From Nitrospirota bacterium (lineage in GTDB: Bacteria; Nitrospirota; Thermodesulfovibrionia; Thermodesulfovibrionales; UBA9159): DNA of 64,000 nt. Below are positions 49,570 to 59,487 of the stretch, one piece after another. Under the pieces are notes generated by a model, which was not told the DNA's origin, did not search any database, and saw only the letters and a list, made by a program, of their open reading frames with translations. Both the position numbers and the translations under genes were made by a program. The stretch is taken from assembly GCA_963699545.1 (NCBI GenBank), contig CAVOUE010000005.1, forward strand, positions 416,001 to 480,000, given 5' to 3'. How positions within the stretch are numbered: the stretch's first letter is position 1; each line of letters begins with the position of its first letter.

Positions 49570-50943
49570 CTAATTTCCTATATCATACTCTTTCATCTTT
49601 TTCCAGAGAACTTTCCGGCTGATCCCCAGCCGCTTCGATGCCTCGACCTTCTTCCCGTTGGACTCTTTCAGTGCACTAATGATCATCTGCCTCTCGAGCA
49701 TGTCTACACTGGCCTGGAGCGTAACGTCATCCGCCTCCGATCCTCCTTCCACCCTTGTGACCCCTGAGAACTCTTCGGGAAGATCCCTCAGGTCGATCGA
49801 CCTGTTTTTTGAGAGCAGCACCGCTCTTTCCACAGCGTGTTTCAGTTCGCGGATATTCCCCGGATAGGAGTATGAGAGCAGGGCTTCATACGCTGACGGG
49901 GCTATTTTCAGCTCCGCTTTGGAAAAAGCTTCTCCAAAATACTTGATGAAATGCTCTATGAGATAGGGGATGTCCTCTTTCCTTTCCCTGAGCGGCGGTA
50001 CGACGATAGGAACCACGTTGATCCTGTAAAAAAGGTCTTCTCTGAACCCTCCTGTCCTGATCACCGCCTTAAGGTTCTTGCCCGTTGCGTAAATCCCCCG
50101 GGCATCAATCCTGATCGCTTCAGCGCCCCCGAGGCGCGTCACGGTATGCTCTTCAATGACCCTCAGCAGTTTTGCCTGGAGTCCTAAAGGCATTTCGCCT
50201 ATCTCGTCGAAGAATATACTTCCGCCGTTGGCGATCTCGAATTTCCCTTTCCGCGTCTCGGTCGCACCGGTGAAGGTTCCCCGTTCGTGTCCGAAGAGTT
50301 CAGATTCAAAGAGAGTCTCGGGGATAGCGGCACAATTAATTTTGATGTAAGGATTACTCTTTCTCCTGCCGAGATTATGGATAGCATTCGCGACCAGTTC
50401 CTTTCCCGTGCCGCTCTCTCCCTGGATCAGAACAGGCACGTCGGTCCCGGCCACCGATTCGATACGGTCAAAGACGCCCCTCATCGCGTTGCTTACCCCG
50501 ATGAGATTTTCGAAACCTGTCTTCTCGCTGAGGGAGTTCCTCAGGCGGTGGATTTCCCTCTCAAGGTTCCGAAAATTCAGAAATCGGTCGATGGTTATCA
50601 GTAGTTCCTCAGTTGAGAACGGCTTCGCGATGTAGTCAAAGGCCCCGTCTTTGATCGCCTGTACCGCGGTCTTAACCTCAGCGTGGGCGGTCATTATGAT
50701 GACGCCCGTATCGGGGGAAACTGACTTTATCCGGTTCAGTATCATAAGCCCGTCATAATGCGGGAGCTTGAGGTCCGTAATGACGAGAGCGAATCCGCCT
50801 GAGGCGGACTCTTTTTCTATCGCGGATATGCCTTCTGCTCCATCCTCGCACGTTTTGACGGCATACCCTGAGGACAAGAGGGCATGGCTCATTCCGAGCC
50901 TCATGGACGGTTCGTCCTCGATGATGAGTATCGTATTCTTCAT
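49570..50943 (-). CDS. NtrC-family sigma54-dependent response regulator
   Basis: Receiver domain; GESGTGKE, ESELFGHERGTFTGA, FREDLFYR; Fis HTH. Confidence 0.95.
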   Translation of the reverse strand: MKNTILIIEDEPSMRLGMSHALLSSGYAVKTCEDGAEGISAIEKESASGGFALVITDLKLPHYDGLMILNRIKSVSPDTGVIIMTAHAEVKTAVQAIKDGAFDYIAKPFSTEELLITIDRFLNFRNLEREIHRLRNSLSEKTGFENLIGVSNAMRGVFDRIESVAGTDVPVLIQGESGTGKELVANAIHNLGRRKSNPYIKINCAAIPETLFESELFGHERGTFTGATETRKGKFEIANGGSIFFDEIGEMPLGLQAKLLRVIEEHTVTRLGGAEAIRIDARGIYATGKNLKAVIRTGGFREDLFYRINVVPIVVPPLRERKEDIPYLIEHFIKYFGEAFSKAELKIAPSAYEALLSYSYPGNIRELKHAVERAVLLSKNRSIDLRDLPEEFSGVTRVEGGSEADDVTLQASVDMLERQMIISALKESNGKKVEASKRLGISRKVLWKKMKEYDIGN

Positions 50944-52880
50944 GATGCAACAGGCAATCGCACCGTAAATGTCGTCCCCTGCCGGGAACTCCGGACAACG
51001 ATCCTGCCGCTGTGCTGCTCAACAATGGACTTGCTCACCGACAGACCGAGGCCGGTCCCCTCACCCACCGGCTTCGTCGTGAAGAACGGCTCAAAGACAT
51101 GCGGCATGACCGTCTCGGGGATACCGGCCCCCGAATCCGAGAAGGACGCAATGCAATGACCGTCTTCAGAAAAGGTCTCGATCACCAGTTCCTTTGGTCT
51201 GCCGTCATTCATTGCATGGATCGCATTCAATATGATATTGAGGAACACCTGTTCCATCTTGTTCTGGTCCACCATGATCTCCGGCGCGTCAGGAGCAAGC
51301 TTCCTGATTACCTTGATATCCTGTTTTGCTATGAGATACTCGGTGAGTTTCAGCACATTCTCGATCAGCGTGTTGACGGAGACGCTTGAGACGCTCAGGG
51401 CGGATTTCTTCGAGAAGTCCAGCAGCTGCCTGATAATGTCCTGTATCTTCACCAACCCGGAGTTGATCACATCGATATGCTTCTTTTTCGTCTGCCCGTC
51501 CATCTCGGTCGTCATGAGATTGTGGAAACAAAGCCTCACTCCGCCAAGGGGGTTGTTGATTTCGTGGGCAATTCCTGCGGAGAGCTGTCCCATGGCGGCC
51601 AGTTTGTCCGCCATGCGCATCTGCTCCTCGACGTTCATTTTGTCGGTGATATCCTTGACATAATGGACGGCCTTGACGACATTCCCGCCTTCATCAAAGA
51701 GGGGATAAAAATGAACATAGTAGAATTGCCCATCCCCACCTTCCCAATATTCCGAAACGGCCCTCTTTTCCCTTTTGGCCTTATCAAGAAAACAAACAGG
51801 GCAGTGCGTATCTGAGTCACAGTCTTTAGAATGACACTCCTTCGCGAAAACGGCACTTATACCCTTTGCTATCCATTCGCGGTAGGTGCTATTCGTTATC
51901 TCCAGGGAACAGTCGGGGTTCACAAGGGCAAGGGGATCACTTATGCCCTCGAAGATCGAGTGCAGCGTTTCTGCATTCTTTCTCAGATCCTCCTGGGCGC
52001 TGAAGAGATGTTTCGCCATCTGATTGAACGATTCCATCAATTCTCCAATCTCATCCTTTGAGGTAATGGGAAGGTCCTGGTTAAGCGGCTCCGTGCCCCT
52101 GACGATTCCGTCGAATATGGTAGTGAGCTTTGTCAACGGCCTGCTGACTAAACTCCAGAAAGCCCCTTGCAGCGAGAAAAAGAGAAAAAGGAGAGATCCA
52201 AAACCGAATACAAAGGTGGATATGGCGATTCCCTTTATCTGCCCAAGGGTAACTGCCAGAGGGATCATTACCGACTCTGCCCCCATTATCTCCCCCTCTT
52301 TCCATCCGAAACCACCCTGAGTTCCGTATTTCTTCACCAACCCCCGGGGCGCGCGCATGGGATCACCATGACATTTCAGGCACCCATCTTTTGCCTTTAT
52401 CGGCCTCGCCCTGACAAGATACTCCTGCCCTTTCACCGCCACAATACCGTTCCAAGACGTCTTGTCCGGATCCTTTTGGAAAGAGAGTATCATTTTCTCG
52501 TGGAGGGCGTCGGCCTTGTTGACCTGGTTCAGCGGGTTCAGTGACATCCTATTGTAAACGTAGTCCTTCAGTTCCCTGTTGAAGCGTGCCATGACCTCGT
52601 GTCTCACATGGGTCGTAGACATGGCCTCAACAATAAAATCATCCTGATCATTCAGGTGTGGAAGTATTTCAAACATCCTGGGACGGAGCACCTCGTTGAC
52701 ATAGCTGCCCACCGCCCCAATCTGGGTCATTATGATAAGGGTCTTTTCACTGGCATCTTCAACCACCCTGTCTTTCAAGTTCGTGTAGAGCAGGAAGGAA
52801 AAGATGACGCAGAAAATGAGAAGGATGAAAACTACGGCGAGGGTAAACTTCGTGCTAAGCCTTAGGTTCTGTATTTTCAT
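50940..52880 (-). CDS. Sensor histidine kinase with periplasmic c-type heme (DUF3365/Tll0287-like) domain, HAMP and PAS
   Basis: CLKCH between two TMs; AHEINNPL H-box; GTGLGLS G-box. Confidence 0.92.
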   Translation of the reverse strand: MKIQNLRLSTKFTLAVVFILLIFCVIFSFLLYTNLKDRVVEDASEKTLIIMTQIGAVGSYVNEVLRPRMFEILPHLNDQDDFIVEAMSTTHVRHEVMARFNRELKDYVYNRMSLNPLNQVNKADALHEKMILSFQKDPDKTSWNGIVAVKGQEYLVRARPIKAKDGCLKCHGDPMRAPRGLVKKYGTQGGFGWKEGEIMGAESVMIPLAVTLGQIKGIAISTFVFGFGSLLFLFFSLQGAFWSLVSRPLTKLTTIFDGIVRGTEPLNQDLPITSKDEIGELMESFNQMAKHLFSAQEDLRKNAETLHSIFEGISDPLALVNPDCSLEITNSTYREWIAKGISAVFAKECHSKDCDSDTHCPVCFLDKAKREKRAVSEYWEGGDGQFYYVHFYPLFDEGGNVVKAVHYVKDITDKMNVEEQMRMADKLAAMGQLSAGIAHEINNPLGGVRLCFHNLMTTEMDGQTKKKHIDVINSGLVKIQDIIRQLLDFSKKSALSVSSVSVNTLIENVLKLTEYLIAKQDIKVIRKLAPDAPEIMVDQNKMEQVFLNIILNAIHAMNDGRPKELVIETFSEDGHCIASFSDSGAGIPETVMPHVFEPFFTTKPVGEGTGLGLSVSKSIVEQHSGRIVVRSSRQGTTFTVRLPVAS

Positions 52881-52970
52881 CTCTCCCCTCGAGAGTCCGA
52901 AAGAACCCTCTCCGCTAATTGTATAAAGAGCACGGGAGAAAATGCAATGAAAGAAGCAGGCCCAATGGCC

Positions 52971-53453
52971 TTATGGGATAGGCAGGACCTCTCCTTCCAT
53001 ACTCTGGAGATCTACCAGGGCAATAGTGGACTCCCCTTTATGCAGCCGGGCGGCCTTTCCGGGATTGACAATGAGGGCGTCCTTCCTCCTTCTCACATCA
53101 GGCCTGTGGGTGTGTCCGTGCACGATGAGGTCGAAATGTCCGCAGTCGGCGAGCGCGTCTGCCAGATCAGGCTCATGCACCACCACGATCTTCTTCCCGT
53201 CGAGGGTCATGACGAGGGGCTGAGAGGAAAGATTCCCCTCCGACCGCTGCCTGAGGAGCAGCCTGTCCCCATCATTGTTCCCGAAGACACCGGAAATCCC
53301 GCAGTTCAGCTCATCCAAAACATCAAAGGTAAAGGGCGATACAAGGTCTCCTGCATGGACCACATGGGAAACTCTGCGGGCATTGAAGATGTCCACTGCC
53401 GTCCTTATCGCAGACATGTCATCGTGAGTGTCCGATAGTATTCCGATCAGCAT
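52971..53453 (-). CDS. YfcE/MJ0936-family metallophosphoesterase
   Basis: SDTH, HAGD, GNND, HGHTH, NPG. Confidence 0.9.
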   Translation of the reverse strand: MLIGILSDTHDDMSAIRTAVDIFNARRVSHVVHAGDLVSPFTFDVLDELNCGISGVFGNNDGDRLLLRQRSEGNLSSQPLVMTLDGKKIVVVHEPDLADALADCGHFDLIVHGHTHRPDVRRRKDALIVNPGKAARLHKGESTIALVDLQSMEGEVLPIP

Positions 53454-53519
53454 GCATTTAACAAAAACGGGTGAGGGAATATCCCTCCGTTCCCTCACCC
53501 GCCGCACTATGAACTGTGA

Positions 53520-53723
53520 TCAGATCTTTACCACATTTGCGGCTTTCAGGCCCTTTTCATCCTCCACAATATCGAACTGGACCCTCTGACCCTCTGCCAA
53601 CGTCTTAAATCCATCGGTGGTGATGGCTGAAAAATGGACAAAGACATCAGGACCGTTATCCTGCTGGATAAAACCATAGCCCTTTGCTTCGTTGAACCAC
53701 TTCACCTTTCCTTCCAGTGACAT
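53520..53723 (-). CDS. Cold-shock protein
   Basis: GKVKWFN..KGYGFI (RNP1), DVFVHFSAI (RNP2). Confidence 0.96.
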   Translation of the reverse strand: MSLEGKVKWFNEAKGYGFIQQDNGPDVFVHFSAITTDGFKTLAEGQRVQFDIVEDEKGLKAANVVKI

Positions 53724-53891
53724 ACTTCGTAAATCCTCCTTCGTGCTCCTGCAAAAAATACCGAAACGTCCAGGACATTTCAGGTTCTGTCTCTTCCTTT
53801 ATACCATTCATTTCCCCCTATGTCAACTCAAAAAAGAGAGGGGACAGGTTGACAAAAGAGAGCGGGCTGTATTTAAATAAAAGTCTCATTC

Positions 53892-53967
53892 GGGCGGATA
53901 GCTCAGCTGGGAGAGCAATGCCCTTACAAGGCATGGGTCACAGGTTCGATCCCTGTTCCGCCTACCA
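53892..53967 (+). tRNA. tRNA-Val(TAC)
   Basis: 76-nt cloverleaf; anticodon arm ATGCC-CTTACAA-GGCAT; GGTTCGAT; encoded CCA. Confidence 0.97.
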
Positions 53968-54057
53968 TACGTCTTTGAAATGGAGTGATGAGTGAGGGCT
54001 TCCCTCCTCTTTCACTCTGAACTTTGAACTCAAGAATCTGCCTTGCAGGTTTTTGCT

Positions 54058-54134
54058 GGGGTGGTAGTTCAGCTGGTTAGAACGCCTGCCTGTCACGCAG
54101 GAGGTCGCGGGTTCGAGCCCCGTCCACCCCGCCA
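54058..54134 (+). tRNA. tRNA-Asp(GTC)
   Basis: 77-nt cloverleaf; CCTGC-CTGTCAC-GCAGG; GGTTCGAG; encoded CCA. Confidence 0.97.
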
Positions 54135-54425
54135 GTTTTTCCTTTATATTTCAATAGCTTAGTTCCGCCTAAATTGCCCATTTGCACCAATCTGTGCACC
54201 ATCTGCAACGCTTCTGAGCATCGTAAAGATTTACGGGAGAAGTCCGCAGTAACGTATGCCTCACCGGCGCGGCGTAGCTGCGTCCTGATGCAGGCAATAG
54301 TTAAAGACTACCAGTAATTACGGACCAATTGTCTTTGTGATCTGGCAAATTGTAACCTTTCACTTGGCCTTGGCGTCTCAATAGCAGGTATAACGATGTA
54401 ACACACAAATGGAAGAGGAGGATTT

Positions 54426-54794
54426 ATGAGAAAGATTCTTGTAACTCTTATCGTTGCAGGTCTTCTATCATTAACATACGCAGAACCGGTGTTTGCCCAC
54501 GGATGGGTCATTCCAGCGGCCATTATCGGTACGGTGATCAATCTTGCAGCCACAGCAGCCACAGCACCAGCGACATACGGTTATGCACCTGGAACATACT
54601 ACGCTCCTGGAGCATATTATGCGCCAAGAGTATATGCAGCACCGACGGGATATTATGCGCCAACGGTATATGCAGCACCGACGAGATACTATGCGCGGAG
54701 AGCGTATGCAGCAGCGACGAGATATTATGCGCCAAGAGTATATGCAGCACCGACGAGATACTATGCGCGGAGAGGGTACTATCCCGTCAGATAA
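54426..54794 (+). CDS. Exported Tyr/Ala/Pro-rich repeat protein
   Basis: GAGGAGG RBS; signal peptide ending VFA; YYAPxVYAAPT repeats. Confidence 0.75.
   Translation: MRKILVTLIVAGLLSLTYAEPVFAHGWVIPAAIIGTVINLAATAATAPATYGYAPGTYYAPGAYYAPRVYAAPTGYYAPTVYAAPTRYYARRAYAAATRYYAPRVYAAPTRYYARRGYYPVR
54615..54782 (+). repeat. 36-bp coding tandem repeat (4 full copies + partial)
   Basis: TATTATGCGCCAAGAGTATATGCAGCACCGACGRGA-like units encoding 12-aa repeats. Confidence 0.85.
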
Positions 54795-55121
54795 TTGGCT
54801 TTTATACAGATATGATTATTCAAGCCCAGAAGGAGAGGGTATTTAGGGAACTCGGAATATCAGTGCTATCTGATGCAGTGAAGATGGAAAAAGTAGAAAC
54901 GCTGTTTCCCGCTGATTTCAGTTAGGAGATTTCGGAAAAAGAATAAATACTATCAGATACCCATCGCGGCTTAAACAACTATCTTAAGGTGGGCTTGATA
55001 TTGAGTACACCGACTACCTGATAGTTATAACAAGTTGAAACAGGTGAAGATTACAGCTTGACCTTTCCCCGAATTGATGGACACACCTAAAGATTTGTAA
55101 GATGGAAGAGGAGGTGTGTGT

Positions 55122-55424
55122 ATGGGGAAAGAGGATAAACGGCGGCATTTCACCGGTGAGTTCAAGAGGAATGCAGTGCAACTGGTCACGGAAAAGGGGA
55201 TGCCAGTAGGTAGGGTAGCGCGGGAGCTTGATATTCATCCAAATTTGCTTCATCTGTGGAGAAGGAGATTGCTGAAAGATGGTGAGAAGGCCTTTGTGGG
55301 CAAAGGGCATTCAAGTCCTGAGGGAGCGGAGATAAAGCAGCTCTGTAAGGAATTAGAAAAGGTGAAGGAAGAGAGGGATATTTTAAAAAAAGCCTTGGCC
55401 GTATTCTCCAAACAAAGCAGATGA
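55122..55424 (+). CDS. IS3 transposase OrfA (HTH + leucine zipper)
   Basis: RRHFTGEFKRNAV..VARELDI..ERDILKKA. Confidence 0.9.
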   Translation: MGKEDKRRHFTGEFKRNAVQLVTEKGMPVGRVARELDIHPNLLHLWRRRLLKDGEKAFVGKGHSSPEGAEIKQLCKELEKVKEERDILKKALAVFSKQSR

Positions 55425-56278
55425 AGTATGGGTTTATGGAAGAGCACCGGGAGAAGTACAAGGTGGGAAGCATGTGTGAGGTGTTGAAGGTATCCAGGAG
55501 CGGGTATTATGCGTGGCGCAGTCGTCCGGTCAGCACGAGGGTAAAAGACAATCGTGAGCTGCTGGGGCACATACGGGAGGTCCACACTCAAAGCAGAAAG
55601 CTGTACGGTAGTCCCCGGATCACCGTTGAGCTCAATGAACAGGGTGTCAAATGCGGGAAGAACCGGGTAGCCAGGATCATGAAGGACCATGCAATATGTG
55701 GGGAAGTGAAAAAGAGGAGATTCAGGCGGACTACCGATTCACGGCATGATTATGCCCTGGCGGCAAACCTGCTGATTGAAAAGAGACAGACAGAGGGGGT
55801 ATGGGCATCAGATATAACATTTGTTCCCACTTCCGAGGGCTGGCTGTATGTGGCGGCAGTGATGAATGTCAGAAGCAGGAGGATTATCGGGCTGTCCATG
55901 AGCGCCAAGCTCTCTCAGGAACTCGCCTCTGATGCGCTGAAGGCGGCAGCAAGCAGGCAAACCCCTTCCGAGGGGCTCATCCACCATTCTGATCGAGGCA
56001 GACAGTACGCGAGCTATGCATATCAGGAGCTTCTCAGAGAATACGACATTACCCCGAGCATGAGCAGAAGTGGCAATTGCTATGATAATGCCTATGCCGA
56101 GTCGTTCTTCGGTACCCTCAAAACGGAATTGGTCCACGGTGAGAAGTACCGTTCAAGGCTGGAGGCAAGGCTCAGCATATTTGAGTACGTGGAAGTGTTC
56201 TATAATCGTCAGAGGAAACACTCGGCATTAGGGTATAGGAGTCCGGAGCAATATGAACGGCTCCTTGATGAAACTTAA
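55421..56278 (+). CDS. IS3 transposase OrfB (DDE)
   Basis: YGSPRI, WASDIT, HHSDRG, NAYAESFF, YNRQRKHS. Confidence 0.93.
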   Translation: MKYGFMEEHREKYKVGSMCEVLKVSRSGYYAWRSRPVSTRVKDNRELLGHIREVHTQSRKLYGSPRITVELNEQGVKCGKNRVARIMKDHAICGEVKKRRFRRTTDSRHDYALAANLLIEKRQTEGVWASDITFVPTSEGWLYVAAVMNVRSRRIIGLSMSAKLSQELASDALKAAASRQTPSEGLIHHSDRGRQYASYAYQELLREYDITPSMSRSGNCYDNAYAESFFGTLKTELVHGEKYRSRLEARLSIFEYVEVFYNRQRKHSALGYRSPEQYERLLDET

Positions 56279-56324
56279 CTGGGTGTCCACTTTTTCGGGG
56301 GAAGGTCAGATTGTATTACACAAT

Positions 56325-56353
56325 AAAAAAGGGCGAGATTTCCGCCTCGCCCT
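56325..56353 (-). terminator. Intrinsic terminator of the IPTL-CTERM gene
   Basis: Minus strand AGGGCGAG-8nt-CTCGCCCT followed by T tract. Confidence 0.7.
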
Positions 56354-56383
56354 CGACCATTTAATTTTATGAACCTCTATTAA

Positions 56384-57058
56384 TTAATTTTCTGTTCTTC
56401 TCCGTTTCCTCAGGTAATATAGAGAGCCTATTCCTGCAAGTGCCATAAAGATTATCATACCCCACTCATTCATGGTGGGGACATTAGTAGCCATCTGTGC
56501 AGGTCCGCCTGCGTCAAGAATTACACCGTCTGCCATCATGTCATCATCGCCCCGCTGACCATCACGGAAATGCACCATGACTACATTGCTACTAATCTCG
56601 GCACCTGTCATTGTCATCATGTCATACATAAAATCATACCAATGGGGCATAGAGTCCATAGCGGTAGGACCATGCCTCCTATACATTAACCCCATAAGAG
56701 AAAGAGGCATGTCGTCTGAATGTTTAAAGAAGGTCAAAGTTACCATAGGTGAGAAAAACATTCCTGCTTTAGAGGTCCGTTCCGCAGATGCCGGGTTCAT
56801 CATCGAATCGCATGGGTCAAGTTGGACTTTAAATGATATAAGTCCGTAGGGATAATCAAAGAAATGGTCATTTCCAACGGCTTCCTCTGTGGTGACAGAA
56901 ACATCACAAACATAGCCAACATCTGCGGAAATAGTAAATTCACAATCACCCGTAGCACATGGAATGGCGGCTGGTTGTGCTTCGCTATCCGATATGCCGA
57001 AAGATATGAGGAGAACTGCCATCAGCAATGTTCCGATAATCATTTTCCTGCAAAACAT
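56384..57058 (-). CDS. Met-rich surface protein with IPTL-CTERM sorting signal (choice-of-anchor-U-like domain)
   Basis: Signal peptide; YPYGLISF, DGQRGDDD..DGVILDAGGP; VPTMNEWGMIIF-TM-RKRRR tail; 23 Met in 224 aa. Confidence 0.8.
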   Translation of the reverse strand: MFCRKMIIGTLLMAVLLISFGISDSEAQPAAIPCATGDCEFTISADVGYVCDVSVTTEEAVGNDHFFDYPYGLISFKVQLDPCDSMMNPASAERTSKAGMFFSPMVTLTFFKHSDDMPLSLMGLMYRRHGPTAMDSMPHWYDFMYDMMTMTGAEISSNVVMVHFRDGQRGDDDMMADGVILDAGGPAQMATNVPTMNEWGMIIFMALAGIGSLYYLRKRRRTEN

Positions 57059-57531
57059 AGATTGCTCCTTTCATTGCGAGGTTAATAAATTGAAGTCCTT
57101 TTAGTAATGAAAGTTTATCAAGCAGAGTGTCGGATGTCAACACACACGCTATATTAATTGTGCATATATTGCCCACTAAAAAAGGGGCTTGGTTATCCAG
57201 GCCCCTTCTGCTTGTTACCGACTACCTGAGAGTTATAAAAAGACGCAACTGGTGCGAATTAGCATTTGAAAGAAACAAAAAAGGGATGTATTGTTTCACA
57301 CACCCCTCTAAAACCAGCAACGCCATTTATGTTCGGCTTTAGCCCGTTTCCTTAGGACACGCAAGGGGTCTCAATGGCATTTTTTTGTGCGGAATGAACA
57401 TTTCACGCAGAAAGACGCATGCGCATTTAACGACTGACAGCGTGTGAAGAATGTGGCGACATTTTGGGGTTTCAAAAATCCATGGTACGATTGACACAAG
57501 GATAGAAGCGAAAGGGTAAGGAGGGGAAGCC

Positions 57532-59238
57532 GTGGAAGAGAAACCTGGTCTCGCAGATTTAAGTGTCAAGACAGAGCTGAGTCAGAATCCAAAAAAATCC
57601 CGCAAACAAACCTGTGATGGAGCTGATTTGGATCGCCGTTCTTTTCTTTGGCGGCTTGGTGTCGGGGCCACAACTGTGGTCGGTCTCAGTTCCGTAAAAC
57701 TTCTGAATATGGAATCCGTGGCAGAGGCAGAGGATCTCGGCCCACTGAACGATTCGAGACGCAGAAACGTTGCGGAAATAATTCGCTTTGATGCAGCCAA
57801 ACTGGCTAAGAATCGTCCTCCTGTCACACATCCTACCAATGGCGAGGAAGAGCTTTATCGTAATAAGATCGCAAACTATTCCAAGGGCTTACCCCACAAC
57901 AAATTGGGCGAAGTGAATTTGAAGGCATACAATGCCTTGCTCAGGGCACTGTCAACAGGAAGACCGGAAGACTTTGAAGCGATCCCCCTGGGCGGCAGCC
58001 GCAAACTGACGAATCCTCAAGCCGGGTTGGCATTTGATTTGGAAGGCCCTGATTCGCATCACCTGTCGACTCGACCCTCGCCCAAAATCGCCGGCCCGGA
58101 GGCAGCGTCCGAGTTGGCCGAGGTATACTGGATGGCGCTTGTGCGGGACGTGCACTTTATGGATTACGACGCTGATCCGACGATCGACGCAGCAGCATCC
58201 GAGCTTTCGGCGTTTAGCGATTTCCGGGGGCCGAAAATCAACGGAAATGTTATACCCGACACGATCTTCAGGGGCAATACCGAGGGAGACCTTTTCGGGC
58301 CTTATATTTCCCAATTCCTCTGGCTCGATATCCCCATGGGTGCGCTCAGTATTCCACAGATGATGCAGACTGTCATGCCTGCCATAGACTACCTGACGGA
58401 CTACAATGAGTGGCTGAACATTCAGAATGGTGCTGCGGCCATGCCCTATATGCATGACCCAGTACCCCGTTATATTCGCAACCTGCGTGATATGGCTGAG
58501 TGGGTACATATGGATGCGCTCTACCAGGCTTATCACCAGGCATGCCTGATTTTGCTGGGAATGGGTGCCCCAGTGAATCACGGTAATCCTTACGTACGCT
58601 CACGCACGCAAGTCGGCTTTGGCACATTCGGTGGACCACACGTTTTAAGTCTCGTTACCGAAGTCGCTACACGTGCGCTCAAGGCAGCATGGTTCCAGAA
58701 GTGGTTTGTTCACAGAAGGTTAAGACCTGAGGCCTTTGGAGGGCTGGTTCATCATACAAGATATGGCACCGCCAAGTACCCCGTTAACCGTGAGATTTTG
58801 GATTCCATGACCTTGGATAGAATCTTCTCCACGCATGGCACTTATCTTCTTCCTGTGGCGTTTCCGGAAGGATCGCCCGCCCACCCATCATATTGCGCCG
58901 GGCATGCCACGGTAGCAGGTGCCTGCGTGACGATTTTGAAGGCGTGGTTTGACGAGTCTTTTGTTATTCCCAACCCGGTCGTGCCAGATGCTTCAGGCAC
59001 ATCGCTCTTGCCTTACAACGGTGATGACCTGACAGTCGGTAACGAACTCAACAAACTCGCTGCCAACGTGGCGCTTGGGCGCAATGCTGCAGGTATACAC
59101 TACCGCAGCGACTACACGGAATCCGTCAAGGTGGGTGAGAATGTCGCCATCGGTATCCTCCAGGAACAGAGGGAGACCTATAATGAAGATGTCAGTTTTA
59201 CGTTCACCAGATTCGACGGCACTACAATCACAATCTGA
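57532..59238 (+). CDS. Tat-exported vanadium-dependent haloperoxidase (bromoperoxidase-like)
   Basis: DRRSFL twin-arginine; QKWFVHRRLRPE, HPSYCAGH, GRNAAGIHYRSD vanadate-binding motifs. Confidence 0.9.
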   Translation: MEEKPGLADLSVKTELSQNPKKSRKQTCDGADLDRRSFLWRLGVGATTVVGLSSVKLLNMESVAEAEDLGPLNDSRRRNVAEIIRFDAAKLAKNRPPVTHPTNGEEELYRNKIANYSKGLPHNKLGEVNLKAYNALLRALSTGRPEDFEAIPLGGSRKLTNPQAGLAFDLEGPDSHHLSTRPSPKIAGPEAASELAEVYWMALVRDVHFMDYDADPTIDAAASELSAFSDFRGPKINGNVIPDTIFRGNTEGDLFGPYISQFLWLDIPMGALSIPQMMQTVMPAIDYLTDYNEWLNIQNGAAAMPYMHDPVPRYIRNLRDMAEWVHMDALYQAYHQACLILLGMGAPVNHGNPYVRSRTQVGFGTFGGPHVLSLVTEVATRALKAAWFQKWFVHRRLRPEAFGGLVHHTRYGTAKYPVNREILDSMTLDRIFSTHGTYLLPVAFPEGSPAHPSYCAGHATVAGACVTILKAWFDESFVIPNPVVPDASGTSLLPYNGDDLTVGNELNKLAANVALGRNAAGIHYRSDYTESVKVGENVAIGILQEQRETYNEDVSFTFTRFDGTTITI

Positions 59239-59487
59239 CACAAGGCCGGAGAACGCACACGTCGTGAGCTCTTATTTGATCTTGGAGAGGGTTAGGTTTG
59301 CGATTGAAATCCTCACTCCGCCAAAGCACATCAGGACGCTGAGTTACAGGAAGAAAGAGTGCACTCTTCGACGAATGTCCCGCTATTTCGACATGATAGT
59401 ATCTCCATCGACAACGCGTGAAGCTGGATGTCCACGCCATTCGAAGCATACAGCGTGCTGAGGTCGATCTATTGCTCTTTCACAGAC

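Larger units (their letters stand above)
55059..56308 (+). mobile_element. IS3-family insertion sequence (1250 bp)
   Basis: Imperfect terminal IRs TGACCTTTCCCCGAATTGATGGACAC / GTGTCCACTTTTTCGGGGGAAGGTCA (TG...CA); orfA and orfB in -1 frame with A7G slippery site near 55385. Confidence 0.95.

Noticed and set aside
54590-54790. Regular ~36-bp repeats as a CRISPR array
   Set aside because: Repeats are contiguous with no unique spacers, in frame in a signal-peptide ORF, and no cas genes are present.
55050-56320. Target-site duplication of the IS3
   Set aside because: Flanks read ...AGCT and GATT...; no exact 3-4 bp direct repeat.
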